Assembly (NCBI GenBank): GCA_040830765.1
Contig: JBFOMH010000025.1
Span: 1 to 61,840 of the forward strand
Reading direction: 5' to 3'
Source: Puniceicoccaceae bacterium
Lineage (GTDB): Bacteria; Verrucomicrobiota; Verrucomicrobiia; Opitutales; Oceanipulchritudinaceae
DNA: 61,840 nucleotides
Part shown: positions 18,012 through 27,966 of the stretch, one piece after another
How the letters are laid out: each line of letters starts with the position of its first letter
How positions within the stretch are numbered: the stretch's first letter is position 1
Notes under the pieces: generated by a model
Database searches by the model: none
What the model was told of the DNA's origin: nothing
Seen by the model: only the letters and a program-made list of their open reading frames with translations
Program-made: the position numbers and the translations under genes

Positions 18012-19751
18012 TCAGCCCCCGAGCTTGAAGATATCCTTCAGCTTCTTGCCGGCCTCTTCCTCAATCAGGTTTTCTATCTGTTGCTGACCTCCCTTGAGGA
18101 GTGCCTTTTCTATGGCGTCCTTGGGGATTTTCAAGGTCGGCCGGTCAATCGGTCCACCCAGGCCCACTTCCACCGGAAATGAGTCCAATGGCACGGAACT
18201 ACCGAAGGCGTTCAGGGTTGTGTCGTTTAGCGTAACCTTGAGAGGAATATCGAGTATCCCGTTGTTGATGTAGCCGGAGCCGGCAATGTCCATTGTTCCC
18301 CCGTTCATCGGAAGGTCCTTGCCCGCCTGCTGCTCCATTTCATCAATCGACAGGTTGCGATAGTTGACGCTGACCCCGCTGCGGTTTGGAGCTGCCGCGT
18401 AGGGCAATTCCAAGGTGAGATCCAGATCCCCATCCTCACGGGCGATTTCCACCTTGCCGGCCACTTCCAACAAGGCTGGCTGCGTGGCAAGGTTGGTCCC
18501 GCCAAGGCGGTAACTGTCGCCAGAATCCGCAATGACCAAGTTGTCCGACTTCAGTTCGCGAATCCACAAACGGGGAGACTGCTTGACCAGGGAATCGGAT
18601 TTTACCCGGGCATAGCCCTCTTCCTTGGCTCTCAATGCCAGTTGCTCGCGCCAACTGAGCCCACTGTCTTCAACGGTTTCTTCCCCGTCGGACTTCACAT
18701 GCGGGGCAATCCGGTCATAGATGCGCTTCAAGAGCCGCAGGCGTTCGCGCCAGACAGAGGCCTGGCCAATATAGTCATCGATGGAAACGACGTCCTCCTC
18801 GACCTCGACCGGCTCGGGCTCTTCCGGTGATACAACAATCACACCGGGAACGCGACGCGCCGACCCTGTTGTCGGTTCAAGAATTTGTAATGAATCGATC
18901 ACCACTTTCTTGGAAAGCAGACTCATCCCGCTGATATCCGCCACAATCGTAGCTGCCGCGAAGCGATTCGTATCGAGGGCATCCGGATTCGCCATGGCCA
19001 GTCCACTGACAGTGACCCGGTTTTCAGCCGGCAATATCTCGATACTGGCAATGTCAACCGTGGCCCCGTTGGCCCGCTCCATGCCATCCCGGACGCTGCT
19101 AGTGACAATCGTCTTGTCCAGCAGGCTAAGACTGACATAGCCCAGGACAACAAGGGAGACGACAAATATTATGCCCAGCGGGCGGACAGGCAGCCCACCC
19201 TTTTGCTCACTCAATGCAGTCCAACTTTTCTTGCCCTTCAATCCACCGACAAAGAGCCAGGCCAGGCTGCGAACCCAGAGCTTTGAGGTGTAGGCTTCGT
19301 AACGCTCAGAGTCTGTTTCCAGACCGGCCATCCGGGAACGGAAGGCACTCAGTGAGCGGCTGATAAAGATGCCAAACAGGAAGCCGGCCAATCCACCGAC
19401 CAGCAGTGACGGAACCATGACATAATAGTCCAGTCCGAACCAGGCCGTGACCGGCGCATTGACAAAAACCGCGATGGGGGCCGCCAACCCACTTTCAAGA
19501 AGGGATACCCCGAGGTTGAAATAAAGGGGTAGAAGGGCCAGCGAAAGCAGCTTGACCAGAATCAGGGTCAAGCCCCCGAGGAACAGGTTGGCGTTAAGGA
19601 TGATGAGCAGGAAAAGCAGCAGCGCCAGAAGCAGCGGGCCTTGTCCGAATCCAGGCAGGCTTCCGAGGAGCCCGCCAAGGACGGTGGCACTGATGATTTG
19701 AAATGGCGTCGCTTTACCGCGAAGGAATTTACCAAGCTTGCGTATAATCAT
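18012..19751 (-). CDS. TIGR03546-like membrane domain fused to a TIGR03545/AsmA-like domain
   Basis: N-terminal multi-TM region (TPFQII...LG...NANL...NAPV) followed by ERANGATVDI...LAMANPD...SLLSKKVVID, an AsmA-N-like beta region. Recognised by eye. Confidence 0.6.
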   Translation of the reverse strand: MIIRKLGKFLRGKATPFQIISATVLGGLLGSLPGFGQGPLLLALLLFLLIILNANLFLGGLTLILVKLLSLALLPLYFNLGVSLLESGLAAPIAVFVNAPVTAWFGLDYYVMVPSLLVGGLAGFLFGIFISRSLSAFRSRMAGLETDSERYEAYTSKLWVRSLAWLFVGGLKGKKSWTALSEQKGGLPVRPLGIIFVVSLVVLGYVSLSLLDKTIVTSSVRDGMERANGATVDIASIEILPAENRVTVSGLAMANPDALDTNRFAAATIVADISGMSLLSKKVVIDSLQILEPTTGSARRVPGVIVVSPEEPEPVEVEEDVVSIDDYIGQASVWRERLRLLKRIYDRIAPHVKSDGEETVEDSGLSWREQLALRAKEEGYARVKSDSLVKQSPRLWIRELKSDNLVIADSGDSYRLGGTNLATQPALLEVAGKVEIAREDGDLDLTLELPYAAAPNRSGVSVNYRNLSIDEMEQQAGKDLPMNGGTMDIAGSGYINNGILDIPLKVTLNDTTLNAFGSSVPLDSFPVEVGLGGPIDRPTLKIPKDAIEKALLKGGQQQIENLIEEEAGKKLKDIFKLGG

Positions 19752-19777
19752 GTCAGGAAAAGCCTAACGCTTTTCCC

Positions 19778-22030
19778 TCAGGTGGCAACAGGCAATTGGC
19801 CCCGCACGCAATCCACGACCCGCTGAACTTGTTCGTCCGTCATACTGCTGCCACTGGGCAAGGACAGGAAGGACTCGTGGATCAGCTGGCTGGACTCGCC
19901 GCCAAATGAACGCAGGCCCTGGTTGACCCCCTGCTGGTCCATCGGCCTCCACATCGGGGAGGCCTCAATCCCTGCGTCCCGCATGGCTACCACGATAGCT
20001 TCCACGTTTTCATAGCCATTGATCGAGATGCAGCTTAACCAGTAATTGCAGGTTCCATAGTCCGGTTGCGGCATGAAACCAACTCCCGCAAGGCCGGAAA
20101 GCTGTTGCTGGTATTGCTGGAAGATGGCCTTTTTCCGGGCCAGACGCGCATTTACTGTTTCCAGTTGTCCAAGACCAATGGCGGCACAGATGTTGGAGAG
20201 GCGGTAATTATAGCCCATCGTGTCGTGACGGTACCCGACAGCTTGGGGATGCTTTCCCTGATTGGCCCAGACCCGGGCCGATTCGCGCATGGATGAATCG
20301 CGGACATAAAGGGCTCCTCCCCCGCTTGTCGTCAGCACCTTGTTGCCATTGAAGGAGTAGGTTGCGGCATCGCCGTAAGCGCCAACTGCCTTGCCGCCAA
20401 AGGTGGCCCCAAAGGCACCGGCACAATCCTCGAGTACGAGGACACCTTCTTCACGGGCCAATTCAGCCAGTTTATCGATTGGGGCGGGTATTCCGAAAGC
20501 GTGGACCACCACCATGGCCCGGACTGTCCTTCCTTCAGCCTTCAGGGTCTGGATTGCTTCCCTGGCGACATCCGGATCCATGGCCCAGTTCTCGGGGGAT
20601 ACATCGACCAGGACCGGCTCCGCACCAAGGTAGCGCACCGGGTTGACCGAGGCAACAAAGGTCAGGTTCGGACAGAGCACACAATCGCCCGGACCAACTC
20701 CCAACGCCCGCAGACCCAGATGGATTGCAGCGGTCCCGCTGTTCACTGACTGGACTTCATCCAGACCCAGATAGTCCGCTATTCCCTTTTCAAATGCATT
20801 TACCTGCGGTCCGACTGGAGCAATAAACCCACTGGCAAGGGCTTCCATGACACGAATGCGCTCGACTTCGGTGATCTCTGGAGGACTCAGGAAAATATCA
20901 TACGACATCAGATCAGCGGTAGAACCCCCATTTTCAGGCCCACCAACTGCTACTGTCGAGTCCGAAGTGAGGCTTTCAGCCGCCTCCTTGAGCCGGATTC
21001 CATAGGTCCATGCGGCAACCGCGACCCAGATGCCTCCGAGAACCGCAAGTTTTGCCCAGAGGGGCCCATCGTTCCAATAGAGGCCCACACCCAGGAGAGC
21101 CAGTGCGCCAAAGAGCAGGCTCGTCAGGCGATGGCCTGACTCACGGGACGGAAATGTCCCTGCAAGGACCTGGTACAAATGGGAACGGTGTGCCTCAAAA
21201 ATGCGTTCCCGACGGATGACCCGCCGGACAAAGGCGATCGCGGTATCGATGACAAACGGCCAGACAAAGAGGACGCCGGCCTCAAGGGCCCGTTGCAAGG
21301 GCAGCCCGAAGGCCGCAAAGGCAAAGGGAAGTACGGCGAGATAGAACCCGAGGAAGGTGCTACCGATATCCCCCATGAAGATGCTCGCCGGCGACCAGTT
21401 AAGCAGGAGAAATCCAACCAGGCCACCGGCAAGGGAGAGGAGCAGGAGCGATTGCACGTCCCCGTTCGGCAGGTCCAATCGGGTATCGAGGAAGAAAATA
21501 CCAAGCCACCCCGCGATGGCAATCAGTCCCTGGATTCCGGCAATCCCATCAATTCCATCCATGAAGTTGAAGGAATTGGTCAATCCAGCCACCCAGACTA
21601 CGAACAGAATCCCGCAGATGAAGGCGGGGAAAACAGTTCCCACAAGCGGTAAAGGCTGGCCGATCCAGTAGCTCCTGAAAACGTATAAAACGAACAGTGC
21701 ACAAATGACATGCCCGCTGAAGCGTATCCCGCGGGAAAGATCGAAACGGTCATCAAAAAATGACAGCAGGGCGATTATCAAGGCAGGTCCGAGGGAAGCG
21801 GCAATCACCCAGCCGATGGAAATCTGTGGCAAAAGGATGAGGCCGAGAGCGGTTACAAGCAGCGGGACCAAAATCCCGATTCCCCCTATGCGAGGGGTCG
21901 GCTTCTCGTGAAAGCTCCGTTCATTGGGATGATCGAGCCAGTTCCAGCGCACCGCAAGGCGCTGGCAAGCCCAGACACTGACGGCCCCCAGGGCCGCTGA
22001 GAAGATAAACCATATGGGTAGTTGAAGCAT
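19778..22030 (-). CDS. Fusion: MraY/WecA-type polyprenol-phosphate sugar-1-P transferase + DegT/DnrJ/EryC1/StrS aminotransferase
   Basis: N-half: PTPRIGG, FFDDRF, NSFNFMDGIDG, FMGDIGS, HRSHLYQ. C-half: SGTAAIHL, EDCA, SFNGNKVLTTSGGG (PLP Lys), GYNYRLSNI, LSLPSG. Single uninterrupted frame. Confidence 0.88.
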   Translation of the reverse strand: MLQLPIWFIFSAALGAVSVWACQRLAVRWNWLDHPNERSFHEKPTPRIGGIGILVPLLVTALGLILLPQISIGWVIAASLGPALIIALLSFFDDRFDLSRGIRFSGHVICALFVLYVFRSYWIGQPLPLVGTVFPAFICGILFVVWVAGLTNSFNFMDGIDGIAGIQGLIAIAGWLGIFFLDTRLDLPNGDVQSLLLLSLAGGLVGFLLLNWSPASIFMGDIGSTFLGFYLAVLPFAFAAFGLPLQRALEAGVLFVWPFVIDTAIAFVRRVIRRERIFEAHRSHLYQVLAGTFPSRESGHRLTSLLFGALALLGVGLYWNDGPLWAKLAVLGGIWVAVAAWTYGIRLKEAAESLTSDSTVAVGGPENGGSTADLMSYDIFLSPPEITEVERIRVMEALASGFIAPVGPQVNAFEKGIADYLGLDEVQSVNSGTAAIHLGLRALGVGPGDCVLCPNLTFVASVNPVRYLGAEPVLVDVSPENWAMDPDVAREAIQTLKAEGRTVRAMVVVHAFGIPAPIDKLAELAREEGVLVLEDCAGAFGATFGGKAVGAYGDAATYSFNGNKVLTTSGGGALYVRDSSMRESARVWANQGKHPQAVGYRHDTMGYNYRLSNICAAIGLGQLETVNARLARKKAIFQQYQQQLSGLAGVGFMPQPDYGTCNYWLSCISINGYENVEAIVVAMRDAGIEASPMWRPMDQQGVNQGLRSFGGESSQLIHESFLSLPSGSSMTDEQVQRVVDCVRGQLPVAT

Positions 22031-22078
22031 GGAAAGAAGCTGTATTCAAGGGCACCTCTGGAAAGGGAGGCAATAGAA

Positions 22079-23065
22079 TTAAACGGGACCTGATGAGGAT
22101 TGCTTGAGCCATTCATCGACCGAATGACGCGGTTTGTAGCGCAGTTCCGCCTGTGCCAGCGAAGAGGAATACCAGGCAGAGCCGGTCAATTTGTGCAATG
22201 TCTCCCGGTCCAACGGAAGGCGCTTACCAATGACAGAGCCCAGCAGGGAGCCCACAAAGGCACCGGCTTGGAGAACAAACATGGGGATCGACCAGCTCTT
22301 TGGCGGGAAACCGTTGGCTTCGCGAATCAGGTCATACAAGTGCCTTGTTGAGGGGGCATCGTCACCGGCCAAAATATAGGTCTTACCGGCAGCGATGGGA
22401 TAATTGGATGCCCGCATGGTAAATTCGACCAGGTCATCGACATTGATCATCGATCGCCGATTACCGGTATCCGGCAGCGGGGGAAAGCGGCCTTTGCGGA
22501 CAGCCTCCACCATTCTTGGCAAATTCCCTTTTTCGCCCGGTCCGTAGACCATGACCGGTCGAAGGACAACGGCATGCTCGATCCCGGAGCCAAGGACCGC
22601 TTCCTCGGCTTCAGCCTTGGCCAGGCCATAGGGACCCTGCGGAGTGTGCGGTGATTGTTCCACCAATGGGGCCAGGTTCATTCCCGCTGGATTCCCCTCC
22701 CCCATCGCCTTGACACTGCTCATGTAGACAAAGCACTGGACCTCCTTTTTCCTTGCCAATTCCAACAGACGGCGGGTCGCGTCGACTATAATAGGCCGAT
22801 AACTGGATGCCGCCGAAGCACTTTCCGAGACTGCATGCGCCTTGCTGGCGAGATGATAAATTGTCGAAACACCTTCCAATGCCTCTGAAGGCAGGGAATC
22901 CTGCGCCAAATCGACCTCGAGAAAGCTTTGCCAGGGACCGTCCTGCCTCCTGCGTCCAACCGCCCGGATATGCACGCCTTCCTGATCCTGCAGGCGCTGG
23001 CAGAGCCGGCGCCCCAGAAATCCGGTGGCTCCGGTTACCAGGATGGTGTCATTCCCAGAGGACAT
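22079..23065 (-). CDS. NAD-dependent nucleotide-sugar epimerase/dehydratase (extended SDR)
   Basis: TGATGFLG, SSVKAMGE, YGLAK, LRPVMVYG and NRRSM motifs. Confidence 0.88.
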   Translation of the reverse strand: MSSGNDTILVTGATGFLGRRLCQRLQDQEGVHIRAVGRRRQDGPWQSFLEVDLAQDSLPSEALEGVSTIYHLASKAHAVSESASAASSYRPIIVDATRRLLELARKKEVQCFVYMSSVKAMGEGNPAGMNLAPLVEQSPHTPQGPYGLAKAEAEEAVLGSGIEHAVVLRPVMVYGPGEKGNLPRMVEAVRKGRFPPLPDTGNRRSMINVDDLVEFTMRASNYPIAAGKTYILAGDDAPSTRHLYDLIREANGFPPKSWSIPMFVLQAGAFVGSLLGSVIGKRLPLDRETLHKLTGSAWYSSSLAQAELRYKPRHSVDEWLKQSSSGPV

Positions 23066-23110
23066 GCCCTATCTTAATTAGGGCAGATGAGCTTCAGTTA
23101 AAGGAAATTC

Positions 23111-26047
23111 CTATCCTTCGTCCTCCATCGGGGCAAATCCCTGCCGCAGGGTATTCTCGGAAACAAGGCGGGGAACCGTGAACTGCTTCAGGTAATCCGG
23201 ACCACCAGCCTTGGATCCCACGCCTGAGTGGCGGAATCCTCCGAATGGTTGCCTGCCGACAAGGGCGCCTGTACAACCCCGGTTGAGGTACAGGTTGCCA
23301 ACCCGGAACTCCCGGGCCGCCAGACGCAAGTGTTCCGGATGGCGACTGAAGACACCGCCGGTCAGGGCGTATTCGCAATCATTGGCTTTTTCCAGCGCCT
23401 CCTCGAACGAGTCAACCCTGGCCACCGCCAGTACCGGTCCGAACAGTTCGTCGCGCATCAGGTCATGGTCAAAGGGAACATCCGTGAACATCGTCGCCGG
23501 AATGTAGCGGCCCTTTGGCAATCCATCTAACAAATGGCCTGTAATCGCCGGCAGGTCCGCCTTATCAATCGCTGATTGAATCCTCTCGACGGCGTCTGCG
23601 TCGACAACCGGCCCCAAATCCACAGAGGGGTCGGACGCCCTCCCCGTGACATGGCTTTCAACCGCGGCGGTCAAACGCTCAATGAAGCGGTCGTATATTC
23701 CTGCATGGACATACAACCTAGAACAGGCGGAACATTTTTGTCCCGCGTAGCCAAAAGCTGAATACACGGTTCCCTTGACCGCCTGGTCGAGGTCAGCTCC
23801 ATCGTCGATGATAATGGCGTTCTTTCCACCCATTTCAGCAATCACCCGCTTGACGTGAACCTGCCCGGGCCGCACCGCAGCCGCGGCCTTGACGATTCCC
23901 ATGCCAACTGCCTTCGATCCGGTAAAGGCAATGGTGTCGATGGCCGGGTGTTCGACAATGGCCGCTCCAAGGACTTCCCCGTAACCGGGCAGGAAGGCCA
24001 GGACATCCGCCGGGAGTCCCGCTTCCATAAACACCTCCACCAGTCGTGTAGCTACGAGGGGAGTCTGCTCAGCCGACTTGAGAACAACTGCGTTGCCCGT
24101 GACAAGGGCTGCAGCCATCATTCCACAAGGAATGGCCAAGGGAAAGTTCCACGGCCCAATGACCCCGCAAATCCCCCGCGCCTCATAGAACAAATAGTCT
24201 TCCTCGCCATCGAAGGCACACAGGCTGGTCTCCTTGAACAACTGCAGCGCATCCTTTCCGTAATAGCGGCAGAAGTCGATCGCTTCAGCGACATCCGCAT
24301 CCGCTTCCATCCATGGTTTGCCAGCCTCGGCAATAATCAATGCGGTCAGGGCAGCCCGGTCGGCCTCCATGATCCGGGCAGCCTTGAAAAGGACTTCCGC
24401 CCGTTGCTCAACCGGGGTGTTTCTCCACGCGGTAAAACCTTCCTGCAAGTTTGCCACGGCCATTTCCAGATGACGCGGCTCGGCAATCCCCACGGTGCCA
24501 AGGATGCAATCCGTTTCCTCCGGGCAGTCGCTCGGCTCGAAGGTTGAACAATCCTTGATTTCCCGGCCACCGATAACCGGCAGAATCCGCGGGTAGTCAC
24601 CATTTCTTCGATACAGTATATGATCCAGCTGCTCCTTGATAGCCTCACGATGCCCGGCAATCGAGAAGTCACGAAACGGGGCATTGATGAAGTGCTCACT
24701 TGGATCCGCCTCAAGGTAAGTTGTTCCCGGATCCGGATCCTCGACCACCGGAACGGCAAGAAGCGTCTCTGCCGATTCCTCCTCCATGAAGCCGGAACGG
24801 ATAAATCCCTCATTGGCGGTATTTTCAAGCAAGCGGCGAACCAGATAGGCCATTCCGGTCAGCATGTCTCCGATGGGCGCATATTCCCGTACCGTCAGCC
24901 CCCGCTTGAGGAAGACGTCCTTGATCGGATCCGCCATTCCATAAAGGGTCTGGAACTCGTAGTCATCAGTGGTCAGGCCAAGCTGCTCGGCACAGGCAAT
25001 GGCATGGGCCAGTGAACGGATATTGTGAGAGGCAAAGGCCGGACGAACCACAGACGCATTCTGGAGCAGAACCCGGCTCAAGCGCTCGTAGGTCAAATCG
25101 CTCATTGCCTTTTCCTGCCAGACCGGAATCGGCCACGAGGCCAGCTTGGCCAGAATGGTCTCGGTATCCCAGTAGGCTCCCTTGACAAGGCGGATGGCAA
25201 CTGGCGTACCGCGCTGGCGGACCCAATCCAGCAGACTGGCCAGGTCCGCTTCCGTCCGGCGCATGTAAGCCTGCAGCACCAGGCCGGCATCCGGCCAATC
25301 GCGAAACGCATCCTCCATCAGGAGCGACCGGACGACCTCAAGGGTGATATCCGTCTTGGTCGTGTCTTCCATATCCACATAGACGAAGGCCCCTATCTGG
25401 CGGGCCTTGCTGTAGATCTTGCGTAAATTATCCCTTAGCCGCTGCACACTCTGCTCAAAGCCGACCGCCTTGATATGGGCATAAAGGGCTGAGAGCTTGA
25501 CGGAGATGTTGACCGGGATTTCGCCATTGAGACCTTCCAGCAGGTCGAGGTAGCGGTTCAGGTAAATGTCCGCCTCAACTTCACTGACACAGGCCTCGCC
25601 GAGGAGATCGACAGTCGTACACAGGCCCTTGCGATGGAGTTTCTTGAGCCCCTTGAGCGCTTCCTTTGGCGTCGACCCGATAATGAACTGGCCACCCAGT
25701 GAGGCAATTTGATGCCGGATCATGGTTGCCGCCGCCTTGGCCCGGATTCCCTCCGGATTCAGATCCAGTCCCCACTGAAGGATACCCGGAATGCGGTGAC
25801 TGACCGGCCGGAAATAGGCCTGTGCGTGCCGGATTACCGAGGCGCTGTCCTTCAGGCCTGGCAGGACATCCACAAAACGGAACAGGGCTACCCGAAACTC
25901 GGGGTCCGCCATGGCCCAGTTCATCAGTTTACCGGTGTAGGCCTTGGGATCCATTATACTGGGGCGCTGGCCCCTGATTTCCTCAAGGCATTCGCGTCCG
26001 ATAGCCTGGACGCGCGCCTCCAGTGCGGCTTCATTCAATTCGGTCAT
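23111..26047 (-). CDS. putA: Bifunctional proline dehydrogenase / glutamate-5-semialdehyde dehydrogenase
   Basis: PRODH motifs FVDVLP, VDME, RLVKGAYW, YLVRRLLEN; ALDH motifs PWNFPLA, EMGGKN, GQKCSACS, ELFGP. No N-terminal RHH domain. Confidence 0.95.
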   Translation of the reverse strand: MTELNEAALEARVQAIGRECLEEIRGQRPSIMDPKAYTGKLMNWAMADPEFRVALFRFVDVLPGLKDSASVIRHAQAYFRPVSHRIPGILQWGLDLNPEGIRAKAAATMIRHQIASLGGQFIIGSTPKEALKGLKKLHRKGLCTTVDLLGEACVSEVEADIYLNRYLDLLEGLNGEIPVNISVKLSALYAHIKAVGFEQSVQRLRDNLRKIYSKARQIGAFVYVDMEDTTKTDITLEVVRSLLMEDAFRDWPDAGLVLQAYMRRTEADLASLLDWVRQRGTPVAIRLVKGAYWDTETILAKLASWPIPVWQEKAMSDLTYERLSRVLLQNASVVRPAFASHNIRSLAHAIACAEQLGLTTDDYEFQTLYGMADPIKDVFLKRGLTVREYAPIGDMLTGMAYLVRRLLENTANEGFIRSGFMEEESAETLLAVPVVEDPDPGTTYLEADPSEHFINAPFRDFSIAGHREAIKEQLDHILYRRNGDYPRILPVIGGREIKDCSTFEPSDCPEETDCILGTVGIAEPRHLEMAVANLQEGFTAWRNTPVEQRAEVLFKAARIMEADRAALTALIIAEAGKPWMEADADVAEAIDFCRYYGKDALQLFKETSLCAFDGEEDYLFYEARGICGVIGPWNFPLAIPCGMMAAALVTGNAVVLKSAEQTPLVATRLVEVFMEAGLPADVLAFLPGYGEVLGAAIVEHPAIDTIAFTGSKAVGMGIVKAAAAVRPGQVHVKRVIAEMGGKNAIIIDDGADLDQAVKGTVYSAFGYAGQKCSACSRLYVHAGIYDRFIERLTAAVESHVTGRASDPSVDLGPVVDADAVERIQSAIDKADLPAITGHLLDGLPKGRYIPATMFTDVPFDHDLMRDELFGPVLAVARVDSFEEALEKANDCEYALTGGVFSRHPEHLRLAAREFRVGNLYLNRGCTGALVGRQPFGGFRHSGVGSKAGGPDYLKQFTVPRLVSENTLRQGFAPMEDEG

Positions 26048-26205
26048 GGCTTAATGGGGTTGGGAAACAACGGTAAGGGAGTGGACATTGGGCCAAGAAG
26101 GTGGCGGGGGGTTCTTGACTAAGCTTCATCAAGCTTCAACATCCTGCAGCCAAGATTAGCGCTCAGTGCTAAAGTATCAATCATCAACTACTGACATTCC
26201 AGATC

Positions 26206-27051
26206 ATGCGGTTTTACAAATATCACGCCCTGGGCAATGATTACCTCGTCCTCGATCCAGTCGACGCACCGGAGTTGCCGCAGGCAACGGACATCCAGAC
26301 CATCTGTCACCGCAACTTCGGACTGGGTTCCGACGGAATCCTCTACGGTCCCCTCCCCTCTGAAAAGGCTGACTTCGGTCTCCGCATCCTGAATCCGGAT
26401 GCCAGCGAGGCGGAAAAAAGTGGGAACGGCTTGCGCATCTTCGCCCGTTACCTGCGCGACACCGGCAAGGTGGGCACCGAACCCTTTACGGTTGATACAC
26501 TCGGGGGTGTCGTAACTTGCGTGGTCAATGAGGACGGCAGTTCCATCACAGTCGACATGGGAACCGTCTCATTCGCCGCTGATGTGATCCCGGTGGACGG
26601 ATTTGAGGGAGATGTTGTGGACAAGACCATCGAGCTTGAAGGCAAGGTTTACCCAATGTACGCCGCGACCATCGGGAATCCACACTGTGTCCTCCCGATG
26701 GATGAAGTTGATAAGGCCATCGCCTGCGAATTAGGCCCGCTCATTGAAAACCATCCGATCTTCCCCAACCGGACAAACGTCCAGTTTCTCAAGGTGCTTG
26801 ATGAAAGGAATATCCAGATAGAAATCTGGGAACGCGGGGCCGGTTACACACTCGCCAGCGGCAGCAGCTCCAGTGCCGCAGGGGCCGTGGCCCGGCGCAT
26901 GGGAGCTGTCGGTTCCGACATCACCGTCCACATGCCGGGTGGTATGATCCAGCTGCAGATAGATGATGGGTTTTCCGTCCGGATGACCGGACCAGCAACC
27001 CGGGTCGGCGCCTATGACCTGGATGAGGAAGCCCTCCGCCCTACCAGTTGA
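26206..27051 (+). CDS. dapF: Diaminopimelate epimerase family protein, Ser/Ser active-site variant
   Basis: KYHALGNDY, GSDG, NPD.SEAEKSGNGLR, GNPH, FPNRTNV and WERGAGYTLASGS motifs; both canonical catalytic Cys positions are Ser. Confidence 0.85.
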   Translation: MRFYKYHALGNDYLVLDPVDAPELPQATDIQTICHRNFGLGSDGILYGPLPSEKADFGLRILNPDASEAEKSGNGLRIFARYLRDTGKVGTEPFTVDTLGGVVTCVVNEDGSSITVDMGTVSFAADVIPVDGFEGDVVDKTIELEGKVYPMYAATIGNPHCVLPMDEVDKAIACELGPLIENHPIFPNRTNVQFLKVLDERNIQIEIWERGAGYTLASGSSSSAAGAVARRMGAVGSDITVHMPGGMIQLQIDDGFSVRMTGPATRVGAYDLDEEALRPTS

Positions 27052-27949
27052 GCAACAGCCCCAGGCAAAAGAGTCCGCCAACAAGCAGCAGGGCCAAGGC
27101 CGTGCGGACAAGGACCCTTTCGAATGCATCCCTGTCGCCTGCCCTGGCCAGCAAACGGTAATTGGAGAGCAGCAAGGGTGCGGCCAGCAGCACGCACAGG
27201 CATCCCCACTTGCTTCCCACGACCGCAAAGGCCAGGGGGACGAGAAGTGCCAGCAAGCTCAGGAGCCCATACTGGAGAAGGCCAAAGTTCTTTCCCCAAC
27301 GGACCGCAAGGGTCCTTTTCCCGACCTGCCGGTCCAGCGGTTCGTCCCGCACGTTATTCACGACCAGCAGATTGGTGGCAAGGGCACCCGGGACCATCCC
27401 GGCCAGAAGCGACCAGCAAACACTTGTGCCTGAAGGAAGGGATACGGCAAAACTGCCAACCTGTACGTAGTAGGTCATGCAGGTTGCGACCCAGCCAAAG
27501 AAAATGAAGACAAAGACGTCTCCCCAGCCATTATACCCGAGCGGATAGGGACCTCCAGTGTAGGCGATGCCACAGATGATGGAGACAATGCCCACCAACA
27601 CCAGCCACCAACCTCCCCACAAGACCAGGAAGCTGCCGATCACGAAAGCGGTTACAAAAACAATGACCATACCGCGATACATCGCCTCAGGGGAAATCCA
27701 ACCAGAGGCGACAGCGCGCTTGGGACCGATCCTGCGCTCATCATCCGCACCCTTGCGAAAGTCATAATAATCGTTGGCGTAATTCGTCCCCACCTGGATA
27801 AGCAGGGCAAAGACGAGACAGATCATCCAGGGGAGAACGGAAAACAGGTTGGCTGCAGCAGCCAGCGCCCCACCAACAAATACGGGGACCGCCGCAGCGG
27901 GGAGCGTCTTCGGCCGGGCGGCCAGCATCCAGTGCCTCCATGCTTTCAT
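27041..27949 (-). CDS. menA: 1,4-dihydroxy-2-naphthoate polyprenyltransferase
   Basis: ARPKTL, NYANDYYDFRKGAD, YTGGPYPLGY.G.GD and NNVRD..D...GKRTLAVR motifs. Confidence 0.93.
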   Translation of the reverse strand: MKAWRHWMLAARPKTLPAAAVPVFVGGALAAAANLFSVLPWMICLVFALLIQVGTNYANDYYDFRKGADDERRIGPKRAVASGWISPEAMYRGMVIVFVTAFVIGSFLVLWGGWWLVLVGIVSIICGIAYTGGPYPLGYNGWGDVFVFIFFGWVATCMTYYVQVGSFAVSLPSGTSVCWSLLAGMVPGALATNLLVVNNVRDEPLDRQVGKRTLAVRWGKNFGLLQYGLLSLLALLVPLAFAVVGSKWGCLCVLLAAPLLLSNYRLLARAGDRDAFERVLVRTALALLLVGGLFCLGLLLNW

Positions 27950-27966
27950 AACCTACGGAAAACCAT

